Assembly (NCBI GenBank): GCA_965223265.1
Contig: OZ244999.1
Location: 7,808,001 to 7,872,000, forward strand
Length of the DNA stretch: 64,000 nucleotides
DNA from: Planctomycetota bacterium
GTDB lineage: Bacteria > Planctomycetota > UBA8108 > SXIK01
Direction of reading: 5' to 3'
Shown: positions 49,712-61,089 of the stretch, in pieces
Numbering within the stretch: the stretch's first letter is position 1
How the letters are laid out: the number at the start of each line of letters is the position of its first letter
The notes under the pieces: generated by a model
What the model saw: the letters and a program-made list of their open reading frames with translations, nothing else
Database searches by the model: none
What the model was told of the DNA's origin: nothing
Program-made: the position numbers and the translations under genes

Positions 49712-51013
49712 TTATGCGGTTTCCCGGCGCGTCCTGCCCTTGCGCGTCACCTTTTTGCCGCGTCCGAAGGACTGGTGCCGCACCATATCCGGGGTGACGA
49801 CGAACTCGGAGATCTTTCCCGCCTGATCCGGGATCTCGTACATGGAGTCGAGCATCACTTCTTCCATGATCGCCCGGAGCCCCCGCGCTCCTGTGCCGCG
49901 CTCGAACGCTCGTTTGGCGATCGCGCGAAGAGCCTTGTCGGTGAAGCTCAACTTGACGTCGTTGAGGGAAAAGAGTGCCTGGTACTGTCGCACGAGGGCA
50001 TCTCGGGGCTCGGTCAGCACCCGGACGAGATCCTCTTGCGAGAGCGGATCGAGGGTGCTCAGCAGAGGCAAACGACCGAGGAACTCCGGGATCATCCCGA
50101 ACTGCACGAGATCTTCGACCTCGACTTGGCGCAGCAGGCGCCGGCGGGCCTCGAGATCCTCTTTGTCGATGCGACCGACGACCGGGTTGAAGCCGATCAT
50201 CTTCTGCCCGACGCGGTTGGCGACGATGTCCTCCAGTCCGGAAAAGGTGCCACCCACGATGAAGAGAATGTTGCGGGTGTCGACTTGGATGTACTGCTGC
50301 TCTGGGTGCTTGCGGCCACCCTGCGGCGGCACGTTGGCGACCGTTCCCTCGAGCAGCTTGAGGAGGCTTTGCTGCACCCCTTCGCCCGAGACGTCGCGGG
50401 TGATCGAGACGTTTTGGGTCGCCCGGGCGACCTTGTCGATCTCGTCGACGAAGATGATCCCCTGTTCGGCGCGTTCGATGTCGAAATCCGCAGCCTGAAG
50501 TAGCTTCAGAATCAGGTTTTCGACATCCTCGCCGACGTAGCCGGCCTCGGTCAGTGTCGTGGCATCGCCGATGGCAAATGGCACCTTGAGAATGCTCGCC
50601 ATGGTTCGCGCCAGCGCCGTCTTGCCACAGCCCGTCGGGCCGATCAGGAGGATATTACTCTTCTCAACCTCGACTTCATTGCCCGCCTCAGAGCGGTCAC
50701 GAACGAGCAGCCGTTTGTAGTGGTTGTGTACCGCGACGGAGAGCACCTTCTTGGCGTGGTCCTGCCCGATGATCGTCTCCCCAAGTTTGTCGAAGATCGC
50801 TCTCGGCGTTGGTATCTGCTCCAGGTAGAGCGGCGGTGGCGCAGCCTCGTCGTCGTTCTCGTGCAGAATCGAGTGGCAAATCTCGACACAGCGATTGCAA
50901 ATATAGATTCCCGGCTTACCGGCAATCAGCTTGTCGACCTGGTGTTTCGTCGAGTCGCAAAAGGCGCAGCGCTCTACATTCGACCGCCCTCGGCCACCAC
51001 CACTTCGTGTCAT
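49712..51013 (-). CDS. clpX: ATP-dependent Clp protease ATP-binding subunit ClpX
   Basis: C4 zinc finger, [33 protein letters not shown] loop. Confidence 0.98.
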   Translation of the reverse strand: MTRSGGGRGRSNVERCAFCDSTKHQVDKLIAGKPGIYICNRCVEICHSILHENDDEAAPPPLYLEQIPTPRAIFDKLGETIIGQDHAKKVLSVAVHNHYKRLLVRDRSEAGNEVEVEKSNILLIGPTGCGKTALARTMASILKVPFAIGDATTLTEAGYVGEDVENLILKLLQAADFDIERAEQGIIFVDEIDKVARATQNVSITRDVSGEGVQQSLLKLLEGTVANVPPQGGRKHPEQQYIQVDTRNILFIVGGTFSGLEDIVANRVGQKMIGFNPVVGRIDKEDLEARRRLLRQVEVEDLVQFGMIPEFLGRLPLLSTLDPLSQEDLVRVLTEPRDALVRQYQALFSLNDVKLSFTDKALRAIAKRAFERGTGARGLRAIMEEVMLDSMYEIPDQAGKISEFVVTPDMVRHQSFGRGKKVTRKGRTRRETA

Positions 51014-51022
51014 GTTGATACT

Positions 51023-51625
51023 CTAGTTTGATTTACCCTTGAGGGAGTCAATGACTTCATCGACTAAGCCGTATTCCTTCGCCTGCATTGGCGACATGAA
51101 ATAGTCCCGATCGCAGTCTTCGATGATCTTGTCGAGCTCGTGCCCGGTGTGCTTGGCGAGAATCGAAGAAAGCGTCGTCTTGTTGCGCGCCAGCTCGCGC
51201 GCCTGAATCTCGATGTCCGCAGCAGTACCACCGGTGCCGCCCCACGGCTGGTGGATCATGATGCGCGCGTTGGGCAGCGAGTGGCGCTTGCCGGTCGTAC
51301 CGGCTGCCAACAGCACCGCGCCCATGCTGGCGGCCTGGCCGATGCAGTAAGTCGCAATGTCGCACGGGACGAACTGCAGCGTATCGTAAATCGCCAAGCC
51401 CGCGGTCACCGAGCCGCCCGGAGTATTGATGTAGACGTTGATGTCCTGGTTCTTGTTGTCGCTCATGAGAAATAGGATCTGCGCGATCACAAGCGACGAA
51501 GAGTAGTCGTCGATCGACGGACCGATAAAAATAATGCGGTCCTTCAGAAGACGAGAGTAAATGTCATACGAACGTTCCCCGCGGCCGGTCTTCTCGATGA
51601 CGATGGGAACCAGGTTTGAATTCAT
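51023..51625 (-). CDS. clpP: ATP-dependent Clp protease proteolytic subunit
   Basis: [27 protein letters not shown]; GAGGAG RBS before the ATG at 51625. Confidence 0.97.
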   Translation of the reverse strand: MNSNLVPIVIEKTGRGERSYDIYSRLLKDRIIFIGPSIDDYSSSLVIAQILFLMSDNKNQDINVYINTPGGSVTAGLAIYDTLQFVPCDIATYCIGQAASMGAVLLAAGTTGKRHSLPNARIMIHQPWGGTGGTAADIEIQARELARNKTTLSSILAKHTGHELDKIIEDCDRDYFMSPMQAKEYGLVDEVIDSLKGKSN

Positions 51626-51790
51626 GGGATGCGACTCCTCAGCTTGCATGGGTGGAAGTTCCTCATTTCTGCGGGCGGCGTGAACAGCCGAATCAATCCA
51701 TCCTGCGGCTGCATCTCCGCACTTCATCGCATGTCAGCCGCCCAGATGTTCCGCCGTTTGGGATGCTTCGGCAGATCGACGGCAGCAGGT

Positions 51791-53236
51791 TCAAGCCTCC
51801 GCTTGAGAATCTTCGTGGGTGTTTTCTCGGCCCTCTCCACCCTCCTTCGAGTTTTCCGCTTCGTCCTTCGTCTCCCCACCAGCACGTTTCGCCTTTTCGC
51901 GTAGGTACTTGCGCACTTTCTCATGCCGTAGCAACTGCCGCGTCTCACTCAGCCCGCCGTCGGCCTTGAGGCGTGACCTGAGGTCTGCAGGCGAGACCCC
52001 GTACTGCGCGGAAAGCTCATCGATGTAACGGGAGACATCACCTTCGGTGGCAAAGATCTTCTCCTTCTCGGCGACCTTCTCAAGAATGAAGAACTTCTTC
52101 GCCGCCAGCCGCACTTTCGCTTCCGCTTCTTCCTTCTCCTCGCCTCCCTGCTCGGCGAGCGCCTTGGTAATCCTCTCGTCGACTTCCGCCTCAGGCACCC
52201 CCTGCCGCAGTAGCTCGTGCTTCAGCTCGCGCTGTTGACGCTGAAGCTGCACACGCACGAGTCCCTCAGGCACGTCCATCTCGGTGGCCGCGGCGAGTTG
52301 GTCGAGAACCTTCTCCTCCACGGCACGATTCTCCTCTTCTTGGCGCCGCTTCTCGAGGCGCTCGCGCAGTGAGCCTTTGAGCTTCTCGACGTTCTCCTCG
52401 CCGATCTTCTCGGCGAATTCGTCGTTGATCTCTGGGAGCGTTTGCCGAAATGCGTGCTCCGCGGTGAACTCAAGACGCACTTTTTGACCGTGCAGCACCT
52501 CGTCGGAAAACGTCTCCGGTACCGTGACTTCGATCTTGATAGGACCTTCGGCGGTCAAATCCCAGGTCTTGAACTGCTCCTCAAGGTCATCGACGAGGAA
52601 AGAATCAATGACGTTACTTCGCGGCTGAAAATGGACGTCTTGCTTGTCTTTCACCTCGGCGTCGTCGCGGTAAAGGACGTACGACCCGCTCAAGTAGTCG
52701 TCCGCTTGCACCCCTTCCTCGAAGGCGACCGGCTTCAGCTCTCCGAGACGTCGACGCAGCGCTTCGAGCTCCTCGTCGACGTCCGCCGACGTGACGGCGG
52801 CACTGCGATCGGAATCATCGACCTCCACGCCCTTGTACTTGGGCAGATCAAATTCGGGGTGGACCTCAAACGCAGCCTCGTAGGTGAGATCCGCGTCCGG
52901 CGCGAACTCAACCTGGTCGAACTCCGGAAACGAATAGACCTTCAGGTTGTTTCCGTCGATCACCTCGGAAAAAGAGGTCCGCAGTAGGTTCTCCTTCACT
53001 TCCGACTCGATCTCCTCACCGAAGCGCGCTTCCAGTAGGCGCCGCGGAACCCGACCCGGACGAAACCCCGGCAAACGAACTGACTTCGTCAGATCGCGAT
53101 AGTTGCGGTCGAGCTCCTCCTTGACCTTCTCGCTCGGCACAGTCGCTTTCATGCGACGCTTACAGCCTCCGAGCTCTTCGATCTCGGCTTGTGTGCCTAA
53201 AGAATCTTCAGTGGGGTTTTCGGTTTCCGTTTGCAT
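51791..53236 (-). CDS. tig: Trigger factor
   Basis: LPGFRPGRVP ribosome-binding motif; tig-clpP-clpX gene order. Confidence 0.93.
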   Translation of the reverse strand: MQTETENPTEDSLGTQAEIEELGGCKRRMKATVPSEKVKEELDRNYRDLTKSVRLPGFRPGRVPRRLLEARFGEEIESEVKENLLRTSFSEVIDGNNLKVYSFPEFDQVEFAPDADLTYEAAFEVHPEFDLPKYKGVEVDDSDRSAAVTSADVDEELEALRRRLGELKPVAFEEGVQADDYLSGSYVLYRDDAEVKDKQDVHFQPRSNVIDSFLVDDLEEQFKTWDLTAEGPIKIEVTVPETFSDEVLHGQKVRLEFTAEHAFRQTLPEINDEFAEKIGEENVEKLKGSLRERLEKRRQEEENRAVEEKVLDQLAAATEMDVPEGLVRVQLQRQQRELKHELLRQGVPEAEVDERITKALAEQGGEEKEEAEAKVRLAAKKFFILEKVAEKEKIFATEGDVSRYIDELSAQYGVSPADLRSRLKADGGLSETRQLLRHEKVRKYLREKAKRAGGETKDEAENSKEGGEGRENTHEDSQAEA

Positions 53237-53563
53237 CTCAGGTCGTTCCTCTTTTCTCGCCAGTCAACACGTCTCTCGCGTGTCGATCGAAGACTCAGCG
53301 AGATCGTTTGTCGAACGTTTTTCTTCTGCGTTCGACTTTCCGGTAGGCGAAAACCAACACGCCTCCTTCGCCGTGTCTCCGCCTTCATTTTCGTAGGGCG
53401 CCTTCATTTCGTGGGGTCTTCAGTGGCGACCCTCAAATCGTGGCCGTTCAGTCGTTCGCCGGCACCGCTTCGTGAACTCCTGCGAGACACCGCAGGTGAC
53501 GCGGCGAGTCACACGGCGGACCCCGGCTAACTCGAGGCGTGCACACCTCATAGAGTTACCGGT

Positions 53564-53591
53564 AATATATCCGTGGAATGGGCGGTTGCAA
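53564..53591 (-). promoter_or_regulatory. Putative promoter of tig-clpP-clpX
   Basis: TTGCAA-16nt-TATATT on the minus strand in an AT-rich patch ~330 nt upstream of tig. Confidence 0.4.
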
Positions 53592-53728
53592 TACATCCGC
53601 TTCAGAAAGCCATGCACGATGCGCCACGCCGGCAGCGCTCGAATTGACAAACGCCGCTTTCCGGCAAGAAAACCGCGGTGAGGAACCGTGGTGAGAAACG
53701 CGACGCGACGATCAACACGGGCGAGGCC

Positions 53729-55003
53729 ATGATCAAAAAGAACGAAAACACGTTAACCGTCGAAGGGCCCGTCGTCGAGGGAACGTCACCCCGAGACGAA
53801 CGGTTACGAGTGAAGCGCATCAGCATCGACGTCGAGCGGGGCGTCATTCTCGGCGTCGGAGAACCCGAGGGCGACGCAGACTTGAGTGTCGGCGACGACA
53901 GCGTGATCCTGCCGGGTTTGATCGACGCTCATGTCCACGCGCGAGAAGATCCCAGCGGCGAGGAGAACTACAAAGAAACTTTTCGCAGTGCTGGCGAAGC
54001 TGCAGTTCACGGGGGCGTGACGGCTCTGGTCGAGATGCCGAACAATCGGTGTGCGCCTATCGACGATGCAAGCTACGCGAACAAGCGCAAGTTGACGTCG
54101 TCGAGCCCGGTACCCATCTTGCTGTTCGCTGGCATCGGACCCGGGACACGGCCACTCAGCTTTCCGGTACCTTACAAGGTTTACATGGGCCCCAGCGTCG
54201 GAGATCTCTTTTTCGAATCCGACGATGACATGCGCGAAGCACTCGCGCACTACCGAGGCCAACGCGTAGCGTTCCACGCCGAGGCGCCAGAGATCCTCGA
54301 GGAGTTTCGCGACGCGCCATCGCATCCGCAGCAGCGCCCGCCGCACGCAGAGATCGTCGCGATCGAGAGAGTCATCGAGAGCTGCACGCAGTTTCAGATC
54401 GAACCTCACATATGCCATCTCTCGACTGCAGGCGGGCTCGAAGTGATTCGGGCCGCACGTGAGCGCGGCGTCCGCGTCTCGTGCGAAGTGACGCCGCACC
54501 ATCTCTACTACGACCAAGACAACATTTCGAGCTTCCAGAAGCCTTCGTACCTCCAATGCAATCCGCCGATTCGGTCACGACTTGACCGCATCGCACTACT
54601 GGAAGCCTTTCGTAGCGGGGAAATTGACCTCTTCGCCACGGACCACGCGCCGCACAGTCGCGAGGAGAACGAGGCCGGTATCTCGGGAATTCCCCAGCTC
54701 GACACTTTCGGCCCGTTCCTCTTCTGGCTCCGCTCGGAAGGCGCGTCGTGGACGACGATCCGAAAAGCTTGCTGTGACGCACCAGGTCAGTTTCTCAATC
54801 GCTATCTGCCGCTTCTCCACGGCAGGATCGAGCCGGGCTTCGTCGGTTCGGTGTCGATCCTCAGGAAACAGAGTCGCACCATCCGAAAATCCGAGCTCAA
54901 AACGCAGGCTGGCTGGTCGCCCTTCGAAGGCGTCGATCTCGGCGGGTACGTCAGCCACACCATCGTCCGCGGCAAGCTCTACACGAACCCAATCGCCTCG
55001 TGA
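53729..55003 (+). CDS. pyrC: Dihydroorotase-family amidohydrolase
   Basis: PGLIDAHVHAR, EMPN, HICHLST, CEVTPHHL, NPPIR, ATDHAPH. Confidence 0.8.
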   Translation: MIKKNENTLTVEGPVVEGTSPRDERLRVKRISIDVERGVILGVGEPEGDADLSVGDDSVILPGLIDAHVHAREDPSGEENYKETFRSAGEAAVHGGVTALVEMPNNRCAPIDDASYANKRKLTSSSPVPILLFAGIGPGTRPLSFPVPYKVYMGPSVGDLFFESDDDMREALAHYRGQRVAFHAEAPEILEEFRDAPSHPQQRPPHAEIVAIERVIESCTQFQIEPHICHLSTAGGLEVIRAARERGVRVSCEVTPHHLYYDQDNISSFQKPSYLQCNPPIRSRLDRIALLEAFRSGEIDLFATDHAPHSREENEAGISGIPQLDTFGPFLFWLRSEGASWTTIRKACCDAPGQFLNRYLPLLHGRIEPGFVGSVSILRKQSRTIRKSELKTQAGWSPFEGVDLGGYVSHTIVRGKLYTNPIAS

Positions 55004-55138
55004 GTTCGCGTCTTACCGGGCGCTTCAGCGATCGGCTCGATTCATCGCCCACAGACGCCTTTTGTGTTCAAAAGGCCTCCCGCCCGACCGATAGAGGAGA
55101 AAAGGGGCGTCCCACACAAGAGCGTACGACGGCAACAC

Positions 55139-57193
55139 ATGGTCCGGCTCAAAGTATATCGAGACGCAGACAAGGTCGAAGAGGTCGTCGTCGAAGACGA
55201 GCTTCTGACGATCGGCCGTGATCCCAGCAGTGGTTTGGTCCTTTCCGACCACAGCGTCTCACGTCACCACGCTCAGATCGAGCCGCGAGGTAATTTTCAC
55301 CTCATCCGGGACAACAACAGCACCAACGGCACGTTCGTCAACGAGATGCTCGTGCGCCTTCAGGTGTTGACCCCTGGCGATACGATCCGCGTTGGCAAGT
55401 ATCTTCTCGCCGTCGACGAGGACCACGCCCGCTCCGGAGACACGACGCGCGTACGTGTTGAGCGCCTGTCCTTCCCCGGCCAGTCACGTGACGAAGACAT
55501 CGACGGGCTCTGCCCCGACGAAGAGCCTGACCACAGCTTTGACGCGCTGCTTCGGTTGCAGGAGACGCAGCGAAAACTTGGTCACCTCGACACGACCCAG
55601 GGCCTGCTAGACCGTGCGCTCGACATCCTTCTGACGGAACTGAAAGCTGACCGTGGCAGTATCCTTCTGCCTCCGAGCCCCACGACAACGCCCACGCCTG
55701 GGGAACTCGAGCCGGCGGTGGTGCTGACGAGACCGCGTGAAGATTCCGACGGTGACGGCGAAGAGGGCACACCGGGAGACCCCGACGAGCTCGTGATTCC
55801 GCAGGAGCTTCTCGAGGAAGCCGTGGCCTTCGGCGACAGCGTCGATTTCTCGCTCCCCAAGACGAGCGGCGACGGCGGCGTTGCCTGCCTGGCCTGCCCG
55901 CTCGCCGACCAAGATCGGTTCCTAGGGGTGCTCTACATCGAACGACGCGGACGCGATCAGGGCTTTCGTGCCGAGGATGGGAAGCTGCTGGCAGCGATCG
56001 CCGGTCAGATCAGCACCGGACTCGTCAACGCTCAGCTCTACGCGGAATTCCAGGGATCACAAGGTCAGATCCAAGCGATCTTCTCGAGCCTCAGTGACGG
56101 TGTGCTCGTCACGGACAACGCATTCAAAATCATCGAAGCCAACGCTGCCGCGACGGTGCTCCTTGAGTTCAGCAAGAACAATCTTCTCGGCGAGTCACTG
56201 CACGATCTCCTCGCTCAGCACGAGGTTCGGCCAAAGATGGACTTGCTGTTGAGTACGGAGAGCTGCGTGGAACGTAGCGTCTTCGAAGTGAAAGTGATGA
56301 ACGCGGACAGCCGCAGCGTACAGCGCGTCCTCGGCGGCAGCATCGTGCGATATCCAAGACAAAATGTCGCCGAGACACGGGGCTACGTGATCACGCTTCG
56401 GGATCGCTCCCAGGCCTGGCGGCTCGAACAGATAAAGAGTGAGTTCATAGAGAAGGTCGCCCACAAGCTCCGCACTCCATTGACAGTCCTGCGTGCCAAT
56501 CTTCCGATTCTCCGTAACTGCATCCGAGAATCCGGCTCCGCCGAGACCCTCGAAGTGCTGAAGGAGATCGATCGCAGCTCGAATGCGCTCTGCGGCCTCG
56601 TGGACCGCTTTGTCGATTTCACAGAAATGGGCGACACTTCCATCGAGGAGGGCCTTCCGAGCCAGCCCATTCAACTCCGCTCCGTTCTTCGTGACCTTGT
56701 TCGAGATCACGAAGAGGCGTGGAAGGCGAAGAATATCAGCATCATTGACCGCATCGCGAGTGACATCTCGCGGGTCGACGCTCATGTGGCGCAGCTCTCT
56801 AAGGCTCTCTCTCACATCATCGACAACGCCATCAAGTTTTGCGACCAAGACGGTTCCATCACCGTTGAAGCGCGAGACGAGAACGGCTTGATTAGAGTCG
56901 ATATCAGCAATACCGGGCCAAGTATCGATCCACAGGAGATCGAGTCGGTGTTTTACGTAGGCCATCAGATTGATTCGGAACAAACCGGGCAAGTTCCTGG
57001 CGTCGGTCTAGGGCTGACGATCTCACGCCATGTCATCAAAAGCTATGGTGGGGAGATCCGGCTCACCAGCCCTTCCCGACCCGGAAGTTCCGGAACGACC
57101 GTGACTGTGCTGTTACCCCAATCAAGTATCACGACCCCGGTCGCAACGGAATCTTCACAAGTGAAGTCGCCGGTTGCGGCGATCGAGGATTAA
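55139..57193 (+). CDS. FHA-GAF-PAS-histidine kinase-like protein
   Basis: FHA (IGR, VSRHHA, STNGTFVN); GAF (LGVLYIE); PAS (LSDGVLVTD...N.AA); AHKLRTPL, DNAIKF, GVGLGL. Confidence 0.88.
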   Translation: MVRLKVYRDADKVEEVVVEDELLTIGRDPSSGLVLSDHSVSRHHAQIEPRGNFHLIRDNNSTNGTFVNEMLVRLQVLTPGDTIRVGKYLLAVDEDHARSGDTTRVRVERLSFPGQSRDEDIDGLCPDEEPDHSFDALLRLQETQRKLGHLDTTQGLLDRALDILLTELKADRGSILLPPSPTTTPTPGELEPAVVLTRPREDSDGDGEEGTPGDPDELVIPQELLEEAVAFGDSVDFSLPKTSGDGGVACLACPLADQDRFLGVLYIERRGRDQGFRAEDGKLLAAIAGQISTGLVNAQLYAEFQGSQGQIQAIFSSLSDGVLVTDNAFKIIEANAAATVLLEFSKNNLLGESLHDLLAQHEVRPKMDLLLSTESCVERSVFEVKVMNADSRSVQRVLGGSIVRYPRQNVAETRGYVITLRDRSQAWRLEQIKSEFIEKVAHKLRTPLTVLRANLPILRNCIRESGSAETLEVLKEIDRSSNALCGLVDRFVDFTEMGDTSIEEGLPSQPIQLRSVLRDLVRDHEEAWKAKNISIIDRIASDISRVDAHVAQLSKALSHIIDNAIKFCDQDGSITVEARDENGLIRVDISNTGPSIDPQEIESVFYVGHQIDSEQTGQVPGVGLGLTISRHVIKSYGGEIRLTSPSRPGSSGTTVTVLLPQSSITTPVATESSQVKSPVAAIED

Positions 57194-57367
57194 CACCGCG
57201 TTGGAAAACTCATTCGGCGAAAACGCCTTACCCCCCACCTCCAGATCGACCAGGTCTTGCGGCGAACCTGCACGAGGTCTCCTCTGCTGTTCGCGCCTCG
57301 TCCTGACGACTGGGCGGTCCCACCTCGCAACTGAGGTGCCTAGCGCGAACAGCCGAGGAGTGTCGAG

Positions 57368-58471
57368 TTGAGTCACGCCTCCGACCATACCTCAGTCAAG
57401 GTCAGCGCCCCGCCTAACGGCGACTCGTCCACTCACGTGGCGCATCCGTCCGAGGAAAAGACGGAGGTGGCGGTACCGGGCAGTTCCTCGAAACCGGGCT
57501 CCGCGTCGAAATCCAGACGCACGGACGCGGTCGCGGACCTCGAGTACCTAAAGATCCAGCTCGAGAAGAAGGAGCGCGAGTGCGAGGCGGCGGAGCACAC
57601 GTTGCTCGAACTGCGCTCGGAGCTCAACGCCACTCGCAAGGACTATTCGGCGCGCAATGCCGACGGTCAACTCGAGATGGACACGATGCACTCGCTCCTC
57701 GAGAAGAGCCGCGACGAGCTCGAGCGCCTGAAGAAGGAAATTGACTACCAGAAACGCTCCAACAAGGCCCTGAAGTCGCAAAACTTGCGCCTTCAATATC
57801 AGCTGAATCTATGGGGCATCCCGGTTTGCGCCGGTGAAGAGATCAAAGTTCCGGACGGAGAAACTCACGAAGGCCGACTCTTCTTTCCGAAGCTCAGCGC
57901 GCTCGTCGAGGGGCTCGACCCGATTCCGGTCGTCCTTCGCGGCGACATCTACACCTTCGGATTTCCGAATCTGCTGAGTTTCTTGGCCAACAGCAACCTC
58001 ACCGGGGTGTTGACCACCGTGAGCGACGGAGTCGTCACAAAGCTCTACATCGAACGTGGCATCCTCCGCCTTTGCGGCTGGAACCACGAAGATATGGAGC
58101 TGAGTCTATCGACGCTTCTCGCCGAATCGAAGCTGGTCTCCTCTAGCATCTTGGAGCAGCGCCGCGAGCCGCTTTATGACCTCGAGCTCGCGATCATCCT
58201 ACTGCAGGAGGACGGCGTCTCTGAATCGCTGATCCAGTCCGGTCTTTGCGAGCACGCCCGCGTGATCTTGGCGTACCTCTTCCACATGGACCGCGGCGCC
58301 TTCTTCTTCCAGTCGGGAATCCTGCGCCGGCAACGCTACTTGCAGTTCGATCTGCCGATCATGGATCTACTGCTCTCCACAGCAGCCGAGGTTGATGAAA
58401 AAACCCGGATCGGCCTGGTGGGGAGCGGCGAAGAAGAGAACGAAGAAGAGAACGAAGACGACGCGGAATGA
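57368..58471 (+). CDS. Coiled-coil plus DUF4388/PATAN-like domain protein
   Basis: Heptad-rich N-terminal half; LRGDI..FGFPNLLSFLA....TGVL......LYIERG, and G.F.F near the C-terminus. Confidence 0.7.
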   Translation: MSHASDHTSVKVSAPPNGDSSTHVAHPSEEKTEVAVPGSSSKPGSASKSRRTDAVADLEYLKIQLEKKERECEAAEHTLLELRSELNATRKDYSARNADGQLEMDTMHSLLEKSRDELERLKKEIDYQKRSNKALKSQNLRLQYQLNLWGIPVCAGEEIKVPDGETHEGRLFFPKLSALVEGLDPIPVVLRGDIYTFGFPNLLSFLANSNLTGVLTTVSDGVVTKLYIERGILRLCGWNHEDMELSLSTLLAESKLVSSSILEQRREPLYDLELAIILLQEDGVSESLIQSGLCEHARVILAYLFHMDRGAFFFQSGILRRQRYLQFDLPIMDLLLSTAAEVDEKTRIGLVGSGEEENEEENEDDAE

Positions 58472-58482
58472 CGCGGAGCTTC

Positions 58483-59916
58483 TCAGCGACCGTGGCGCGC
58501 GAAGGCACGAAACACGCGCGCAACACGACCGACCAACCGGCGAACTCCGACCCTCGCAGTGAAATTGAATCGATAGTCGAGAGTCTCAGGTAGCGTGAGC
58601 TCACAGATGCGGCGGTAGAGGCGACATCGATCCCGCCTCGAGGGCACGGGAGCCCCCAGTCCCGTGACGAGGAGCTCGCGGCAGTTGAACGGCGAAAACA
58701 CGCGCCGCACGCACTCCTGTGTCTGGTAATCCGTGGCGTTCCAGTTTCCGACCCGCTGCTCCCAGTAGAAGAGGTCGACCGGATCGAATCCGAGTGTCGT
58801 CGGGATTTGCGATAGCCACTCATCGATGGCCTCCTCGGCGCGCTTCGACTCGAATCCACAAACCGAAGCGAGGGCGGACGCCTGGACGATTCGTTCCTTG
58901 TTGCGGACACTCAAAAAATAGCTGCGAACGATTTCTGACGCCGTGCCCTCGACAAAAAAAGCGTCCGGTGGTGCGAAACGTCGGTAGGAATAGGCGTTCA
59001 GTCGCCCTAGACCGGTAACCATGTGAGAAGCGAGACCATCGAACCCCGCAAGAAAATCCTCTGGAGGCTCGTCGCAGCGTTCCACCGAGTAAGGAATCGA
59101 GAAACGCCTCGTTAGCTTGTGACACGTGTCGATGTCGAACGACGGCACGCCTGGATACGCCATGGTGTACGTCTGGATTTCTCGATGCAGCGGTTTGGCC
59201 ACCGCCAGCAGAGTGCGGCTGTCGTAGCCGCCCGTGAGAGCGAGATAGAGCTGGAAGCGGCGCGCCGCGGCGCGCAAGAGCCCGTCGAGCATTCGGGCCA
59301 TGGTTCGCGCCGCGGACTCGACGTCGACTGGAGCGACAGACTCCAGTGGCCAAAACCTTGACGGTCGCTTGTGCTCGACGTCCAAATAGAAATTCGGCCA
59401 GCTATGCCGCACTTCGGGATACGACGTCAGCGCCCCCGGCCACCAATCGCCCGCCGGCGTACGACGGAATTCGGCGATCAACGCGTCGTCGAGCTCCAGG
59501 CCACACTCCATGGCGATGATCGACGGAAGGCTACTGACCCAGAGGTGACCGTCGATCTCGGCGTAGTGGATCGGCACCGACCCAGTCGCGTCGGGATAAA
59601 TCCGAATGCCGCTTTTGTCGCGGGCGATCAGAGACCATCTGCCTCCAAGGGTGGCCGTCGCTGCCTCGAGCGCCGCGAAGTTCGAAAACCGTTCGAAAAG
59701 CCGGTTCGCGACGTCCTCATTGGTGAGCTCGGGATGATCGGCGTCGAAGAGTTCGCCGATGCAAAGAAGTTGCCGGTCCTCGTCGCTTCGCGCGCAGACA
59801 GACAAATCCGGGTGGGCAGCAAAGACGTGCTGTGCGACGCCGCGGGTGGGCCATTCAAAGCGCGTCGGAGCACGCGGGCCAAATAAATACTGTCGCCGGA
59901 AGAAGTCGATTTCCAT
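58483..59916 (-). CDS. Asparagine synthetase-like PP-loop protein
   Basis: LALTGGYDSR PP-loop; Ntn-like N-domain (LGGRW...DATG..PIHY) lacking Cys1; DLFYWEQR.G.W, SPFNCR. Confidence 0.75.
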   Translation of the reverse strand: MEIDFFRRQYLFGPRAPTRFEWPTRGVAQHVFAAHPDLSVCARSDEDRQLLCIGELFDADHPELTNEDVANRLFERFSNFAALEAATATLGGRWSLIARDKSGIRIYPDATGSVPIHYAEIDGHLWVSSLPSIIAMECGLELDDALIAEFRRTPAGDWWPGALTSYPEVRHSWPNFYLDVEHKRPSRFWPLESVAPVDVESAARTMARMLDGLLRAAARRFQLYLALTGGYDSRTLLAVAKPLHREIQTYTMAYPGVPSFDIDTCHKLTRRFSIPYSVERCDEPPEDFLAGFDGLASHMVTGLGRLNAYSYRRFAPPDAFFVEGTASEIVRSYFLSVRNKERIVQASALASVCGFESKRAEEAIDEWLSQIPTTLGFDPVDLFYWEQRVGNWNATDYQTQECVRRVFSPFNCRELLVTGLGAPVPSRRDRCRLYRRICELTLPETLDYRFNFTARVGVRRLVGRVARVFRAFARHGR

Positions 59917-60041
59917 GGTCGTCGGGCGGTCTGCGTGCTGCTCAAGCGGGGCTGTTCGAAATGTGGCCCGCTATTGTAGCCGGAACTATTGTGGCGGCGT
60001 CCACAATTCGTACCGGGGCACGATCAATCCCTGACGAGTTT

Positions 60042-60395
60042 TCACACGAAGATGACTTCAGGCACGTTCCCGACTTCCACTGCGACGACCACTTCGCTGA
60101 GGATCCGCGTTTCGCGCTCCGCGACTTCAAGAACGAATGGCATTCCGACTCGGACGTCCCCGGCGAGTGTCCCCCGGAATTTGTCTCCCAAATCGAGACT
60201 CTCCTTGGAGCTCGAGAACCGCTGCATGACCATCGTGTTGGTATCGCTCTCGTCCAGATGCTCTCTGACAACCCAGCGACAGCCCTCCTGGTCCATCTCG
60301 GACAGCCAGTAGATCGTCCCGCCCTGCGTTTCTATCCGACAACTCGAAGGGTCGCTCTCGGAAAAGACATTGCCTTGCGCCTGTGACTCAGTCAT
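60042..60395 (-). CDS. Hypothetical protein
   Basis: 117-aa acidic, beta-strand-like ORF with a GGGGGA RBS; not a shadow of another gene. Confidence 0.55.
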   Translation of the reverse strand: MTESQAQGNVFSESDPSSCRIETQGGTIYWLSEMDQEGCRWVVREHLDESDTNTMVMQRFSSSKESLDLGDKFRGTLAGDVRVGMPFVLEVAERETRILSEVVVAVEVGNVPEVIFV

Positions 60396-61089
60396 GGGTT
60401 CCCCCAATCGAAGTATGTATTCTCTGGTTCGCGGCGCACGCAGATTCGTGCAATCGCTTCCTTCTTGAGCCCGCACACGAGGTTCGGGACGCCTAAACTC
60501 ACCTGCGTCTTTCACAGAGACAGACCGTGACATCGTCTGCCGACCTTACGAGCCTGACGGCTCGGGCCTCGCGAGGAGTCTGTGAAAATTGCGGGCTAAC
60601 GCAGCTATCGGGAATCGCCACCGCGAACTTGAGGGACTGAGGTGCGAAGCGGGCGACGGTTGCGGTAAAGCTGTAGCCTGCGACCAGTGGTCCAGGGCCG
60701 AGACGAGTGCGGCGAGCGACTCAGGCGCGCCCCAACAGCCGGCATCTTTGCGGAACAAGCTGACTCGGCGCCAGCGCTAACAGAAAGACCGCAAGAGAGT
60801 CCATCGGCTCGCCGAAGCACGCGGTTTGACCCGGTCAGCGCTCAGCTGCCGTGTCGGCGCGCCTGCGGTTACTGACGCACTCTTCGCGGTCCGCGCTTGC
60901 CACTGGCTCGCAGGGCGCTGCGGGCGGCGGCGCAGCACCCGTTCCCACAGAGATAGAACGTGCCGGAAAAATCTGCCGGGCGGAATCTCACCGAACGACC
61001 GCACGCACCGTGGCCCAACAGCGGCACGACAACACCGCCGTACAACCAGGCGCGACGGGGAGACATCCCACGAGAGGGAGGTCACCTGG

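Noticed and set aside
58483-59916. Lasso peptide cyclase / RiPP cluster
   Set aside because: No B1/B2 proteins or precursor peptide nearby; the PP-loop protein fits a generic asparagine-synthetase-like family
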